Shown: one piece after another, positions 1-9,790 of the stretch | Layout of the letters: every line of letters begins with the position of its first letter | Numbering within the stretch: the stretch's first letter is position 1 | NCBI GenBank assembly: GCA_049682755.1 | Contig: JBAUIH010000022.1 | Location: 4,377-68,376 of the forward strand | DNA: 64,000 bases | Direction: 5' to 3' | DNA from: Candidatus Aminicenantales bacterium | Lineage (GTDB): Bacteria; Acidobacteriota; Aminicenantia; Aminicenantales; UBA8522 | Program-made: the position numbers and the translations under genes | The notes under the pieces: model-generated | What the model was told of the DNA's origin: nothing | The model's input: only the letters and a program-made list of their open reading frames with translations | Database searches by the model: none

Positions 1-1902
1 TTCGCGCTGGGTATCAACTTCATCAATCAGCACCTCTCCTATATGACCATCATGGGTGCCCGGAAGCGCGATCACCCACAGTCCTTTTCTTATCACGAAC
101 CCTGGTGGCCTGCTTACAGGATCATGGGCGATTACCTGGGGCGACTGTCCGTGGCCATGAGCAAGGGCGGACAGATGAACAAGATCCTGGTCCTTGAGCC
201 GACGACGACCGCCTGGATGCATTATTCCCCGGGGACCTCGTCAGAGAGACTGACAGCCGTCGGCGAGGGCTTCACGGATTTCATCAACCGGCTGGAGGCA
301 ACCCAGGTCGAATACGACTTAGGGAGTGAAGACATCCTCCGGAATCACGGCCGGGCCGAAAACCAGAAACTAGTGGTCGGAGAACGAAGCTACGATGTCG
401 TCGTCCTCCCGGCGGAAATCGAAAATCTCAACGAACCGACGCTGGATCTTCTTTCCCGTTATCTCGAAGCAGGGGGGCGCGTGCTCTGCCTGTCAGAGAG
501 GATCAGTTTTATCGACGGTAGGCCCTCCGACAGACCGGACAAGCTGGCTTCCGCCCATCCGGCGGACTGGGTATCTAAAACGTCCGACGAAGCGGTCGAG
601 GACCTCACTGAAGCCTGCGTGCCGGATATCCATTTCTCCAATATAGAGGGCGACCCGAGTATGTTTTTCCATCATCGGCGGGTACTGTCGGACGCCGAGG
701 TGGTCTTCCTGGCGAACATCAATTCCACTGAAGGAATGAGCGGGCAGTTCGAGGCCCGGGGCCAAGCGGTCGAGACTTGGGATCCGTTCACGGGGAAGGT
801 CTCTCCTTATCCGGGCGTGCCGCAGGAAGGGCGTGTCGCGGTGAAGTTCGAGATTCCGCCCGGCGGAAGCCGGCTGTTCTGCCTCCGGCCGAAAAAGGGA
901 TCCCGCCTCGAGGAGAGTGAATCCCAGTGGGGAGAACACGTCCCCGATGGTGAACTCAGCATCCGGGCCGAATCCCCCAATATCCTGACCATTGATTACT
1001 GTGACCTGAAGATCGGAGACCGTGAAGTGAACGGCCTCTATTTCTACGAAGCCCAACTGAGGGCATTCCAGCACTACGGCCTCGACCGCAACCCGTGGGA
1101 CAGCGCCGTGCAGTATAGGACGAACATCCTCGATCTCGATGACTTCGCGCCAAACTCGGGTTTTGAAGCCGCCTATTGGTTCGAGGTCGGGCCCGGGCTC
1201 GATTTTTCATCGTTCGAACTTGTGGTCGAACGGCCGGCGCTTTATCAGGTCTATGTCAACGAACAGAAGGTCGAGCCGCTCCCGGACCGCTGGTGGCTCG
1301 ACCGGGCCAACGGAGTTTTCGAGATAGGGAGCCAGTGCCGGCCCGGACGAAACCGGGTCGCTTTGAAAGCCTCTCCCTTCACCATCCACACCGAACTCGA
1401 GCCCATCTTCATATTGGGTGACTTTGGCCTGGAGAGTACAGACAAAGGATTCCTTTTGGTACCGGCAGCTGCTTTGAAGCCCGGCCCCTGGTCGGAGCAG
1501 GGGCGGCCGTTCTATCCGGGCGGTGTGATCTACTCCAAGACCTACACGCTGGGTCCTCCCGATCCCCGGAGAGAGCGCGTTGTTGTCAGCGTGGGCGAAT
1601 GGCGGGGGTCTGTGGCCGAGGTCAGAGTCAACGGGAAGAGCGCGGGATATGTCGTCTGCGCTCCTTTTGAACTGGACATCACGGACTCCCTGAGCGCCGG
1701 CAGGAATACGGTCGAAACCATTGTCTTCGGCACGCTCAAGAATACCCTTGGACCTCACCACAACAGCCCGGCGTTGGGCACGGCCTGGCCGGGGATGTTC
1801 CAGAAAGGCGCCGAAGGCGGATATCCCCCGGGGTCTGCTTACAGCCTCGTCGGCTACGGCCTGTTCGAGGACTTCAAAGTCCTGTCCAGGGCTGTAAAAT
1901 AA
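1..1902 (+). CDS. C-terminal part of a larger protein that continues upstream of the window; glycoside-hydrolase-like hypothetical
   Basis: The reading frame is open from base 1, so the ATG listed at 43 is internal. The stretch KILVLEPTTTAWMHY...VVVLP weakly resembles the trimerisation domain of beta-galactosidase-type enzymes. The family call is tentative. Confidence 0.3.
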   Translation, partial: FALGINFINQHLSYMTIMGARKRDHPQSFSYHEPWWPAYRIMGDYLGRLSVAMSKGGQMNKILVLEPTTTAWMHYSPGTSSERLTAVGEGFTDFINRLEATQVEYDLGSEDILRNHGRAENQKLVVGERSYDVVVLPAEIENLNEPTLDLLSRYLEAGGRVLCLSERISFIDGRPSDRPDKLASAHPADWVSKTSDEAVEDLTEACVPDIHFSNIEGDPSMFFHHRRVLSDAEVVFLANINSTEGMSGQFEARGQAVETWDPFTGKVSPYPGVPQEGRVAVKFEIPPGGSRLFCLRPKKGSRLEESESQWGEHVPDGELSIRAESPNILTIDYCDLKIGDREVNGLYFYEAQLRAFQHYGLDRNPWDSAVQYRTNILDLDDFAPNSGFEAAYWFEVGPGLDFSSFELVVERPALYQVYVNEQKVEPLPDRWWLDRANGVFEIGSQCRPGRNRVALKASPFTIHTELEPIFILGDFGLESTDKGFLLVPAAALKPGPWSEQGRPFYPGGVIYSKTYTLGPPDPRRERVVVSVGEWRGSVAEVRVNGKSAGYVVCAPFELDITDSLSAGRNTVETIVFGTLKNTLGPHHNSPALGTAWPGMFQKGAEGGYPPGSAYSLVGYGLFEDFKVLSRAVK

Positions 1903-1959
1903 CCGTTCCTGGTGAACCGGGGCATTTTTCCGGCTCTGATCAGGTCAGGAGAAAAAACA

Positions 1960-2595
1960 GTGAGTTTGGACCTGTGGCTGGCCGTGCTGGTGATCTCTAT
2001 CTCGGCCGCCTTCGCCATCTCGGGAAAATACCGGAAAACGCGCTTCATCCATTACGCTTTCAAGCCCCTGACCATGATCCTGATCATCTCTCTGGCCTGG
2101 GAGCGGGTGACGGCTTGGCCCTCGGTCTATGGATACTTCATCCTTTCCGGCCTCTGCGTGTCGCTTCTCGGTGACATCTTCCTGATGCTGCCGCCGAGAT
2201 ACTTCCGGCCGGGGCTCCTCGCTTTTCTCGCGGCCCAGGTGCTCTATATTTGCGCTTTCAGTCGGGATCTCCGGTCGCTCTCCATTTTGCCTATGTTAAT
2301 TGTTCTTGGCTACGGCGCCTTGGTCTACCTGTTTCTGTTCCGCTCCCTCGGCAAGTACCGCTGGCCCGTGCTGGCCTATATCCTGGCCATATCGGCCATG
2401 GCCTGGCTGGCTTTCAACAGGCATCAGACCCTGTTTGAGAAGGAAAGCCTTCTGGCTATGGTCGGCGCCGGGTTGTTCCTGTTGTCGGACTCGTTGAATG
2501 CCGTCAACCGCTTCAAGAAGCCCTTCAAACCGGCGCAGGCGTTGATCCTGGGGACGTATTTCGCCGCTCAGCTCTTATTCGCCCTATCGGTCTAG
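1960..2595 (+). CDS. YhhN-family (lysoplasmalogenase-like) polytopic membrane protein
   Basis: Multiple TM helices. YhhN-type motifs LGDIFLMLPP and FLAAQVLYICAF. The likely start is the GTG at 1960, preceded by CAGGAGAAAAAACA. The ORF listed from 1912 also opens with GTG. Confidence 0.55.
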   Translation: MSLDLWLAVLVISISAAFAISGKYRKTRFIHYAFKPLTMILIISLAWERVTAWPSVYGYFILSGLCVSLLGDIFLMLPPRYFRPGLLAFLAAQVLYICAFSRDLRSLSILPMLIVLGYGALVYLFLFRSLGKYRWPVLAYILAISAMAWLAFNRHQTLFEKESLLAMVGAGLFLLSDSLNAVNRFKKPFKPAQALILGTYFAAQLLFALSV

Positions 2596-2634
2596 ACCTC
2601 CGTGAATGCGGAGTGATCCTCCCCCCGCCGGATT

Positions 2635-3363
2635 TCAGGTCTGGACACGAGGCGGATGGGGGGCGGACCTGCTCAGCAGGGCAACGCACCAGAGGTGGAG
2701 AGGGCCCACGGGTTTGAGTTTTTCGAGACAATAATCCACCAGTTTCGGCGAGAACAGTTCTTCTGGAATGCTCGTTTCCTGCCAGGCATGGAGGCCGTTG
2801 TGGAGCAGTAGGCTCGCGTTGGGATGGGAGGCGTCGTAACCCGCAGGCACTCGCTTGTAGTGTTTGCCAGCGATCTGAAAATGCGTTCCTTCGACGATTG
2901 TCTTGAGGATCGCGGCCAGCTCCTTCCCGTATTTGGGATGGACGACCGCCCTGCGGTAGGGCCCGATAAGCCAGTCCGGAAAAACATGATAGCCGGCGGC
3001 GAGAAGGAACGCCGGCGGCTCGAGGTGAACATAGATACCCGGGCTTTCCATCCGGGAAAGCGGTCCCTCCCAAAAATAAATTCCCAGGTTGGGTTTGTAA
3101 GGAGACTTGTCCAAGCTGAAGCGGGTGTCTCTGTTGAGGCGAAAGATGGATTTATTGACCTTGGGAGCGGCCACGATGTTCGGGGAGATGCTCTTCAACC
3201 GGGGACCCATTGCGGAGACGAATGCCTTGGCCGGGGCCAGGACATGTTTGTCGTAGATGTGCCGGTTCGCTTCGAACCAGTCCCTGCTGTTGTTTTTCTT
3301 GAGCTTTCGAAAGAAAGAGACCGTCTCTTTCGTAAAACCAGAGAACGTGCTTGCTCCATCCAT
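2635..3363 (-). CDS. DUF2461 (TIGR02453-like) conserved hypothetical protein
   Basis: The N-terminus FSGFTKETVSFFRKLKKNNSRDWFEANRHIYDKHV matches the characteristic DUF2461 start. Confidence 0.5.
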   Translation of the reverse strand: MDGASTFSGFTKETVSFFRKLKKNNSRDWFEANRHIYDKHVLAPAKAFVSAMGPRLKSISPNIVAAPKVNKSIFRLNRDTRFSLDKSPYKPNLGIYFWEGPLSRMESPGIYVHLEPPAFLLAAGYHVFPDWLIGPYRRAVVHPKYGKELAAILKTIVEGTHFQIAGKHYKRVPAGYDASHPNASLLLHNGLHAWQETSIPEELFSPKLVDYCLEKLKPVGPLHLWCVALLSRSAPHPPRVQT

Positions 3364-3484
3364 TCGCTTCCACTCCTCTCTCTGTCATCATACATGTTCT
3401 CTGTGTCCATTGCATCCATGCCGTTTTGAGTTGACAGAAGCGGTATCATTGGATATAAGATTTTTTACACCCAAAGAAGCTCTT

Positions 3485-5002
3485 ATGAACGCAAAGACCG
3501 GTTTTGACAACGAGCGTTACCTGGCCCTGCAGACCGAAGCCATCCTGAAGAGAGTGGAAAGGTTCCACAACAAACTCTACCTCGAGTTCGGAGGGAAACT
3601 GCTCTACGACTACCACGCCGCCCGGGTTCTGCCCGGCTTCGATCCCAACGTTAAGATGAGGCTCCTTCAGCAGCTCAGGGACCAGGCCGATGTTCTCCTC
3701 TGCATCTATGCCGGGGATATCGAGAAACGGAAATTGAGGGCGGATTTCGGAATCACCTATGACGTCGATGCCCTCAAGCTCATCGACGACCTGGGCGATT
3801 GGGGCGTCGCTGTGACCGGGGTGGTGATCACCCGCTATGACAACCAGGCCTCGGCGAAAGTCTTCAAGAACAAGCTGGAGCGGCGCGGCGTCCGCGTCTA
3901 CACCCACCGCTTCACCCGGGGCTATCCCACCGATGTGGACCTGATTGTCAGCGACGAAGGGTACGGAGCGAACGAGCACATCGAAACCGATCGCCCCCTG
4001 GTCATCGTCACGGGTCCCGGGCCCGGCAGCGGGAAGCTGGCCACCTGCCTTTCGCAATTGTATCATGACCATAAAAAGGGCAGCCGGTCCGGCTATTCCA
4101 AATTTGAAACCTTTCCGATCTGGAACCTGCCGCTCAAGCACCCGGTCAATATCGCCTATGAAGCGGCGACGGCCGATATCGGCGATTTCAACCTGGTCGA
4201 TCCTTTCCATCTCGAATCCTACGGCCGATCGGCGGTCAACTACAACCGCGATGTCGAGGTTTTCCCCGTCCTCAGACGGATCCTCGAGAAGATCACCCAT
4301 GAACAAGCGCGCTACCTTTCCCCGACGGACATGGGAGTCAACTGCGCCGGCCTAGCGATCACCGACGACGCGGTCATCCAAGATGCCGCCAAGCAGGAAT
4401 TGATCCGGCGGTACTTCCGCTACCGCTGCGAATATGCGCTCGGCGTCGTTGACAAGGAAACCGTCGAGAGGGCGGAGCTACTGATGAAAGAGCTCGGTCT
4501 CGAACCTCAAGACCGGATCGTTGTCTTGCCGGCCAGGAGGGCGGCCGAGGAAGCCCGGGAAAACGGGAAGGGGAACAACGGAGTCTTCTGCGGAGCGGCC
4601 ATCGCGCTTCCGGATGGCACGATCATCAGCGGCAAGAACTCGCCGCTCATGCACGCAGCCTCGAGCCTTCTCTTGAACGCCATCAAAAAGCTGGGCGGGA
4701 TTCCGGATCAGATTCATCTCCTCTCTCCGGCCATCATCGATTCCATCCGACACCTCAAGCAGAACATCCTGGGTGCGCGGGCGGTGAGCCTGGACGTCGA
4801 GGAGGTGTTGATCAGCCTGAGCATCAACGCTTCCGCCAACCCGACGGCCCAGGTCGCTCTGGAAAAGCTGCCTGAGTTGAGAGGTTGTGAAGTCCATCTC
4901 ACCCACATCCCGACTCCCGGCGACGAGGCGGGACTGAGGCGCCTCGGAGTCAACCTGACGAGCGACCCGACGTTCTCGAGCAAGAATCTTTTTGCCCATT
5001 GA
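3485..5002 (+). CDS. DUF1846 / UPF0371 family protein
   Basis: The listed ORF begins at 3257, but the conserved protein begins at the ATG at 3485 (MNAKTGFDNERYLALQ...LYLEFGGKLLYDYHAARVLPGFDPNVK). It runs 505 aa, in line with the UPF0371 family. Confidence 0.5.
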   Translation: MNAKTGFDNERYLALQTEAILKRVERFHNKLYLEFGGKLLYDYHAARVLPGFDPNVKMRLLQQLRDQADVLLCIYAGDIEKRKLRADFGITYDVDALKLIDDLGDWGVAVTGVVITRYDNQASAKVFKNKLERRGVRVYTHRFTRGYPTDVDLIVSDEGYGANEHIETDRPLVIVTGPGPGSGKLATCLSQLYHDHKKGSRSGYSKFETFPIWNLPLKHPVNIAYEAATADIGDFNLVDPFHLESYGRSAVNYNRDVEVFPVLRRILEKITHEQARYLSPTDMGVNCAGLAITDDAVIQDAAKQELIRRYFRYRCEYALGVVDKETVERAELLMKELGLEPQDRIVVLPARRAAEEARENGKGNNGVFCGAAIALPDGTIISGKNSPLMHAASSLLLNAIKKLGGIPDQIHLLSPAIIDSIRHLKQNILGARAVSLDVEEVLISLSINASANPTAQVALEKLPELRGCEVHLTHIPTPGDEAGLRRLGVNLTSDPTFSSKNLFAH

Positions 5003-5030
5003 GGTCTGTAATTTTTGACAAGGAGAGATC

Positions 5031-6782
5031 ATGAGAAAGTGGAGACATCGGAATCTTTTTATGGTGTTGGCTGTCCTTGTGATCGTCATCGGCTCGTGCC
5101 GGACGGCGGTCCAAAGCGACGAATGCCGGCTCCGTTTCGGCGTGGCCTTCCCAGGGGAGAAATCGGCGGAGCCTCTCGACGGCCGGATGCTCCTGCTCAT
5201 CTCCGCGGACGATTCGGCCGAGCCGCGCTTCCAGATCAGCGACGGCGCGGGGACCCAGTTGGCTTTCGGCCTTGACGTCGACGGGCTCAAGCCCGGAGAA
5301 ACGGCTGTCTTCGACGGGACTGTTTTCGGCCATCCGTTAAAGAGCCTGGCTGAGCTTCCAGCCGGCGAGTATTGGGTGCAGGCTTTTCTCAACCGCTACG
5401 AGACCTTTCATCTGGCCAGCGGCCAGTCGGTCCAGCTGCCGCCCGATAAAGGGGAAGGCCAGAGCTGGAGTCGGAAACCGGGAAATCTCTACAGCCTGCC
5501 CGCCAAGATGACGCTTGATCCCAGGAAGGACGAGCTGATCAGGGTCGTCATCGACCAGGAGATTCCCCCCATCCCTGACCCGCCGGAGACGAAATATATC
5601 CGACATATCAAGATCCAGAGCAAACTCCTGACCGAGTTCTGGGGGAGGCCGATGTATCTGGGCGCCTGGGTCCTGGTTCCTGAAGGTTTCGATGAGCACC
5701 CCGAAGCCCGTTATCCGCTGATCATCAACCACGGCCATTTCCCCTACACGTTCGGCGGCTTTAGCGAGACTCCTCCCGACCCGGAACTCGAGCCGGATTA
5801 CAGTCCTCGCTTCCGGCTCGAAGGATACAACCGGATTCAGCAGGAATATGCTTACGAGCTCTATAAGTACTGGATCGCCAAGGACACGCCGCGTTTCTTG
5901 ATCGCCGAGATCCAGCATGCCAACCCGTACTACGACGATTCCTACGCGGTGAACTCCGCCAACCTGGGACCCTATGGCGACGCGATCACCTACGAGCTCA
6001 TCCCGGCGCTCGAGGAGACATTCCGCGGCATCGGGCAGGGCTGGGCGCGCTTTCTATACGGGGGCTCGACAGGAGGATGGGAAGCGCTGGGCGTCCAGAT
6101 CTTCTATCCCGACGAGTACAACGGCTGCTGGGCTGCCTGCCCGGACCCGATCGATTTCCGGGCTTACACGATCGTCAACATCTACGAGCATAAAAACGCT
6201 TACCATGTCGACAGCCGGTGGAAGAGGACGCCGCGGCCGGGACAACGGAATTGTCTGGGCGAGGTCAGCTGCACTCTCGAGGAATCAAACCACCGCGAGC
6301 TGGTCATAGGAACGAAGTCGCGTTCGGGAGATCAATATGACATCTGGGAGGCCGTCTATTCACCGGCCGGCGAGGACGGGTATCCCCAGAGGATCTGGGA
6401 CAAACGGTCGGGCGAGATCAATCCCTCGGTCGCTCAATACTGGAAAGAGCATTATGATCTCCGCTATATCCTCGAGCGTGACTGGCCAAAGATCGGCCCT
6501 AAGCTCAAAGGCAAGATTCATATCTACTGCGGCGACATGGACAACTACTACCTGAATAACGCTGTCTATCTCATGGAGGAGTTCTTGGAAAGCACCAAAG
6601 ATCCGTACTACGATGGCGAGGTCGATTACGGCGACCGGGCCGAGCACTGCTGGAACGGCGATCATACCCGGCCGAACGCCATCTCGCGGCTGCGCTACCA
6701 TCAGATGCATATTCCCAAGATCATGGAGCGCATCAAGATGTCGGCGCCCCCGGGAGCGGACCTGACCAGCTGGAGGTATTGA
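5031..6782 (+). CDS. Lipoprotein, alpha/beta-hydrolase (esterase/peptidase)-like
   Basis: Signal peptide with a lipobox (VIGSC). A GGSTGG nucleophile-elbow-like motif follows at FLYGGSTGGWEA. No specific family was recognised. Confidence 0.35.
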   Translation: MRKWRHRNLFMVLAVLVIVIGSCRTAVQSDECRLRFGVAFPGEKSAEPLDGRMLLLISADDSAEPRFQISDGAGTQLAFGLDVDGLKPGETAVFDGTVFGHPLKSLAELPAGEYWVQAFLNRYETFHLASGQSVQLPPDKGEGQSWSRKPGNLYSLPAKMTLDPRKDELIRVVIDQEIPPIPDPPETKYIRHIKIQSKLLTEFWGRPMYLGAWVLVPEGFDEHPEARYPLIINHGHFPYTFGGFSETPPDPELEPDYSPRFRLEGYNRIQQEYAYELYKYWIAKDTPRFLIAEIQHANPYYDDSYAVNSANLGPYGDAITYELIPALEETFRGIGQGWARFLYGGSTGGWEALGVQIFYPDEYNGCWAACPDPIDFRAYTIVNIYEHKNAYHVDSRWKRTPRPGQRNCLGEVSCTLEESNHRELVIGTKSRSGDQYDIWEAVYSPAGEDGYPQRIWDKRSGEINPSVAQYWKEHYDLRYILERDWPKIGPKLKGKIHIYCGDMDNYYLNNAVYLMEEFLESTKDPYYDGEVDYGDRAEHCWNGDHTRPNAISRLRYHQMHIPKIMERIKMSAPPGADLTSWRY

Positions 6783-6787
6783 CGGAC

Positions 6788-7252
6788 ATGTCCCCACATC
6801 GCGCTTATTATCATTCTCCTATCGGGACGATCGAAATTATCGGGACTGAACAGGGCATCAGGGCGCTCCGTTTCACCGGCCGGAAACCCGGTCGTCAAGA
6901 TCGGCCTCATCCCGTTTTGAGGGATGCCGTTTCGCAGATCGATGAATATTTTCGAGGTCATAGGAAAGTCTTTCGACTGAAACTTGATCTTGAGGGAACA
7001 GCCTTTCAAAAGAAAGTCTGGCGACGTCTCCTCAGAATTCCTTTCGGTCTGACGGCTTCCTATGGGGAGGTGGCCGTAGCGCTTGGAATGCCCGGGGCGG
7101 CCCGGGCAGTCGGGCAGGCCAACCATCACAACCCTGTCGCCGTCGTCATACCTTGTCACCGCATTATCGGCGCTGAGGGCCGGATGGTCGGTTATGGGGG
7201 AGGCCTCTGGAGGAAGGAGTGGCTTCTGGCCCATGAAAAGGAGCTTTCCTAG
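6788..7252 (+). CDS. ogt: Methylated-DNA-protein-cysteine methyltransferase
   Basis: PCHR active-site motif (VIPCHRIIGAEG) and an HTH region (SYGEVAVALGMPGAARAVG). The ATG at 6788 sits 11 nt after TGGAGG. The listed TTG at 6779 overlaps the upstream stop. Confidence 0.85.
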   Translation: MSPHRAYYHSPIGTIEIIGTEQGIRALRFTGRKPGRQDRPHPVLRDAVSQIDEYFRGHRKVFRLKLDLEGTAFQKKVWRRLLRIPFGLTASYGEVAVALGMPGAARAVGQANHHNPVAVVIPCHRIIGAEGRMVGYGGGLWRKEWLLAHEKELS

Positions 7253-7276
7253 AGCCTGCAAAAGGAGGTCGAGATC

Positions 7277-7798
7277 ATGAGGTCGAGATACGAGTGGGTG
7301 GCCGCGATCGTCCTCCTGGCGGGACTGATCGCATCGTGTTCGAGACCGGACGCCAAAGACCTCGTCCTGGCTAAATTTTCTTGTGATAGCCAGGACGGGC
7401 TTATCTCTCAGGTGGGCGTCACGATCGACAGCCGGATAAAGAAAGAAGGCCAGGGGGCCCTGAAGATCGTCGTCGCCGAGCCCGCCGTCGTCCGCTTGTT
7501 CGAGACCGGCGATATCGACATCGAAGACTCCTTCCTTGTTTATCAGGCCAAGCTGCGAACGGAGGAGTTTCAGGGCCGTGTCTATCTTGAGATGTGGTGT
7601 CATTTCGAGGATAAAGGAGAATTCTTCTCCCGCGGGTTCGATGCGACTCTGAGCGGAACGATGAAATGGACCCAGCTGGAGATTCCGTTTTTGCTGAAAA
7701 GCGGCGAGAACCCGGACAACGTGAAGTTGAACCTCGTCTGCGAAGGATCCGGCACCGTCTGGGTGGATGATATCCGGATGCTCAAGAGAACGAGGTGA
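7277..7798 (+). CDS. Lipoprotein, hypothetical
   Basis: Signal peptide with a lipobox (LIASC). No recognisable domain. Confidence 0.35.
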   Translation: MRSRYEWVAAIVLLAGLIASCSRPDAKDLVLAKFSCDSQDGLISQVGVTIDSRIKKEGQGALKIVVAEPAVVRLFETGDIDIEDSFLVYQAKLRTEEFQGRVYLEMWCHFEDKGEFFSRGFDATLSGTMKWTQLEIPFLLKSGENPDNVKLNLVCEGSGTVWVDDIRMLKRTR

Positions 7799-8751
7799 GG
7801 AGAGCGCCGGACGAATTGTTACCGCCCATCATGAGGCGCGTCCACGACCTCTGTCTGGCTTGGAACTGGGAATACGACGCCGACTTCGTCGGTCTGCTCG
7901 AGGCCGCATGTTCTTCCCGCGGCCTCAGCCTCTGGCAGGTGCCGCCCGGGGCGCTTTCCGATGGTCTTGAGTGCCTGCACCAAGGGAAGACAACATTCAA
8001 GACATTTTTGGATAGAGCGTCGGATGCGGACGCCCGTTTTTTGTCCCTTGTGGAATGGTCCGAGGCGCACTCCATCCGCCAGATCAATCCCCATGACAGA
8101 GCCGTTCATGCGATGAACAAAGCCTCGATGCATCTGGAGTTCATCACGGCTGGAATCCAGACGCCCTATACCATCATTCTGCCGCCATATGACGAACATC
8201 CTCAGATCGATTCTCCCGATACCAGCCCGCTCGGTGACAACTTCATCATCAAGCCCGCGCACGGCGGGGGAGGAGAAGGGGTTGTCTTCAAGGTCTCGTC
8301 TGTCGACCAGGTTTTTGGCGCCAGACGGGCGTTTTCCGGCGACCATTATCTGCTTCAGGCACACATCGCGCCAGCGGAACTGGCCGGCCGGCGGGCATGG
8401 TTCCGAGTCCTTTATTGCAGCGGCAAGGCCTATTGCTTCTGGTGGGACATGACCAAACCCGTTTATATCCAGGTCGAAGAGGATGAGGAAAGGGAGTTGG
8501 GACTTTCTCCCCTCGCGGAGATCACCATGACCATTGCTGGGATTTGCGGCCTGGACCTTTTCTCGACTGAAATCGCGCTGACCGCGGCCGGCGTTTTCGT
8601 GGTCGTAGATTACGTCAACAACCCGATCGACCTGCGTCTCCAGTCGGCGGCCTCCGATGGTGTGCCCGACGAGACCGTCCGGGATATCGCCGCAAGGCTG
8701 GCCGACCTCGTCCTCGAAAACGTCAATCCGGTCGAGCGAGGTCCCGGCTGA
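7795..8751 (+). CDS. ATP-grasp-like hypothetical protein
   Basis: The stretch NFIIKPAHGGGGEGVVFKV resembles the ATP-grasp glycine-rich loop of RimK-like enzymes. A GTGA overlap joins it to the upstream lipoprotein gene. An alternative ATG start lies at 7831. Confidence 0.35.
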   Translation: MRRAPDELLPPIMRRVHDLCLAWNWEYDADFVGLLEAACSSRGLSLWQVPPGALSDGLECLHQGKTTFKTFLDRASDADARFLSLVEWSEAHSIRQINPHDRAVHAMNKASMHLEFITAGIQTPYTIILPPYDEHPQIDSPDTSPLGDNFIIKPAHGGGGEGVVFKVSSVDQVFGARRAFSGDHYLLQAHIAPAELAGRRAWFRVLYCSGKAYCFWWDMTKPVYIQVEEDEERELGLSPLAEITMTIAGICGLDLFSTEIALTAAGVFVVVDYVNNPIDLRLQSAASDGVPDETVRDIAARLADLVLENVNPVERGPG

Positions 8752-9790
8752 ACATCATCAGGCACTCGACGATATCCTGATGGCGAAGAGCCGTCCCGTC
8801 CTGCGGCGAGTCGATAATCCGATAGTTGAAGAAGGGGCAGTTCCCTTCGTACCAGCGATGGGTGAGGCCTTGGCCGGCTGCCAGCCTGATCTGTTCCTCT
8901 CTTTGGTTGAGCAATCGCCCGAGACCACGGAGATGAACTTCTCTCGCAGGATCGACGCCGAGGATGGTTCTCTGGCCGCCGAAGCTTGTGACCAACAGCG
9001 AGAAACCATTTGCCAGCGATGAATGATTCCGGTCGCGGCGGGCCCATTCCTTGAGAAGAAAGCTCGTCGGGTTGCGGACGATGAGGCCATCGACGCGGCG
9101 GCTGCCCGCCGACCCGGTCGCCAGGGGAAGGTTCAGGACGACCTTTTCCGACCGCTGCAGGTCGTCAAGATAATGAAAGTGGTCATTCTCCACTTTGCGC
9201 ATGGCCCTTTGGTAGCGGTCGATCCCGGAGAAAAGCGGGCGGTTTTCCTCGATCTCGTAGCCTTCATCCGCCTTGGAGTGAAGGAAGTGCATGAACTTCA
9301 AGCCTTCGGCCAGCCGCGTTCGGTTGATCTCCTCTTCCTCTCTCCTGGCCCCGGCGAAGAGGGCCCGCAGAATGGAATAGGGGGTCGCCGACAGATCGAT
9401 TTCTCCGGGAAGGGAGGCGGAATCGACCAGGCGGGTATAGCGGGCGATTGTGTGCATCGAAGAATCGACCGTCCCTTTTTCTAGGAGCCTCAGGGTCAGG
9501 AAAATCGAGGCCAAAGAATCGAAATCGGGCAACCGGTGAGTGATGACCCGGAGCGGAGGAAGTCCGGGGCCCCGAGGAGCGCCTAAAAACGGGCGCAGGT
9601 GATCGAGCACCAGGCCGGGATACTTGACGATGAGAGAAGCCGTGCACTCCGGCTCGGCGTCCGGATGATGATGGTCGATGACGCCCGGGACGGTCCGCAT
9701 CCCGACATCCAGGACGATTGTCGCCGGCCGGGGATCGAAACGCTCGCCGTAGGGGACGAACTCATAGATGATCTCCATCGCTAGAATCAA
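8723..9790 (-). CDS. Hypothetical protein (VIDHHHPD motif, no confident family)
   Basis: Long ORF with plausible spacing to its neighbours. A DHH-like tripeptide is present, but the other DHH/DHHA1 motifs are not. Confidence 0.3.
   Translation of the reverse strand: MILAMEIIYEFVPYGERFDPRPATIVLDVGMRTVPGVIDHHHPDAEPECTASLIVKYPGLVLDHLRPFLGAPRGPGLPPLRVITHRLPDFDSLASIFLTLRLLEKGTVDSSMHTIARYTRLVDSASLPGEIDLSATPYSILRALFAGARREEEEINRTRLAEGLKFMHFLHSKADEGYEIEENRPLFSGIDRYQRAMRKVENDHFHYLDDLQRSEKVVLNLPLATGSAGSRRVDGLIVRNPTSFLLKEWARRDRNHSSLANGFSLLVTSFGGQRTILGVDPAREVHLRGLGRLLNQREEQIRLAAGQGLTHRWYEGNCPFFNYRIIDSPQDGTALRHQDIVECLMMFSRDLARPD

Noticed and set aside
2596-2634. Hairpin CUCCG-UGAAUG-CGGAG between convergent YhhN and DUF2461 genes as a terminator
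   Set aside because: The stem is only 5 bp with no downstream U-tract in either orientation, which is too weak to call.
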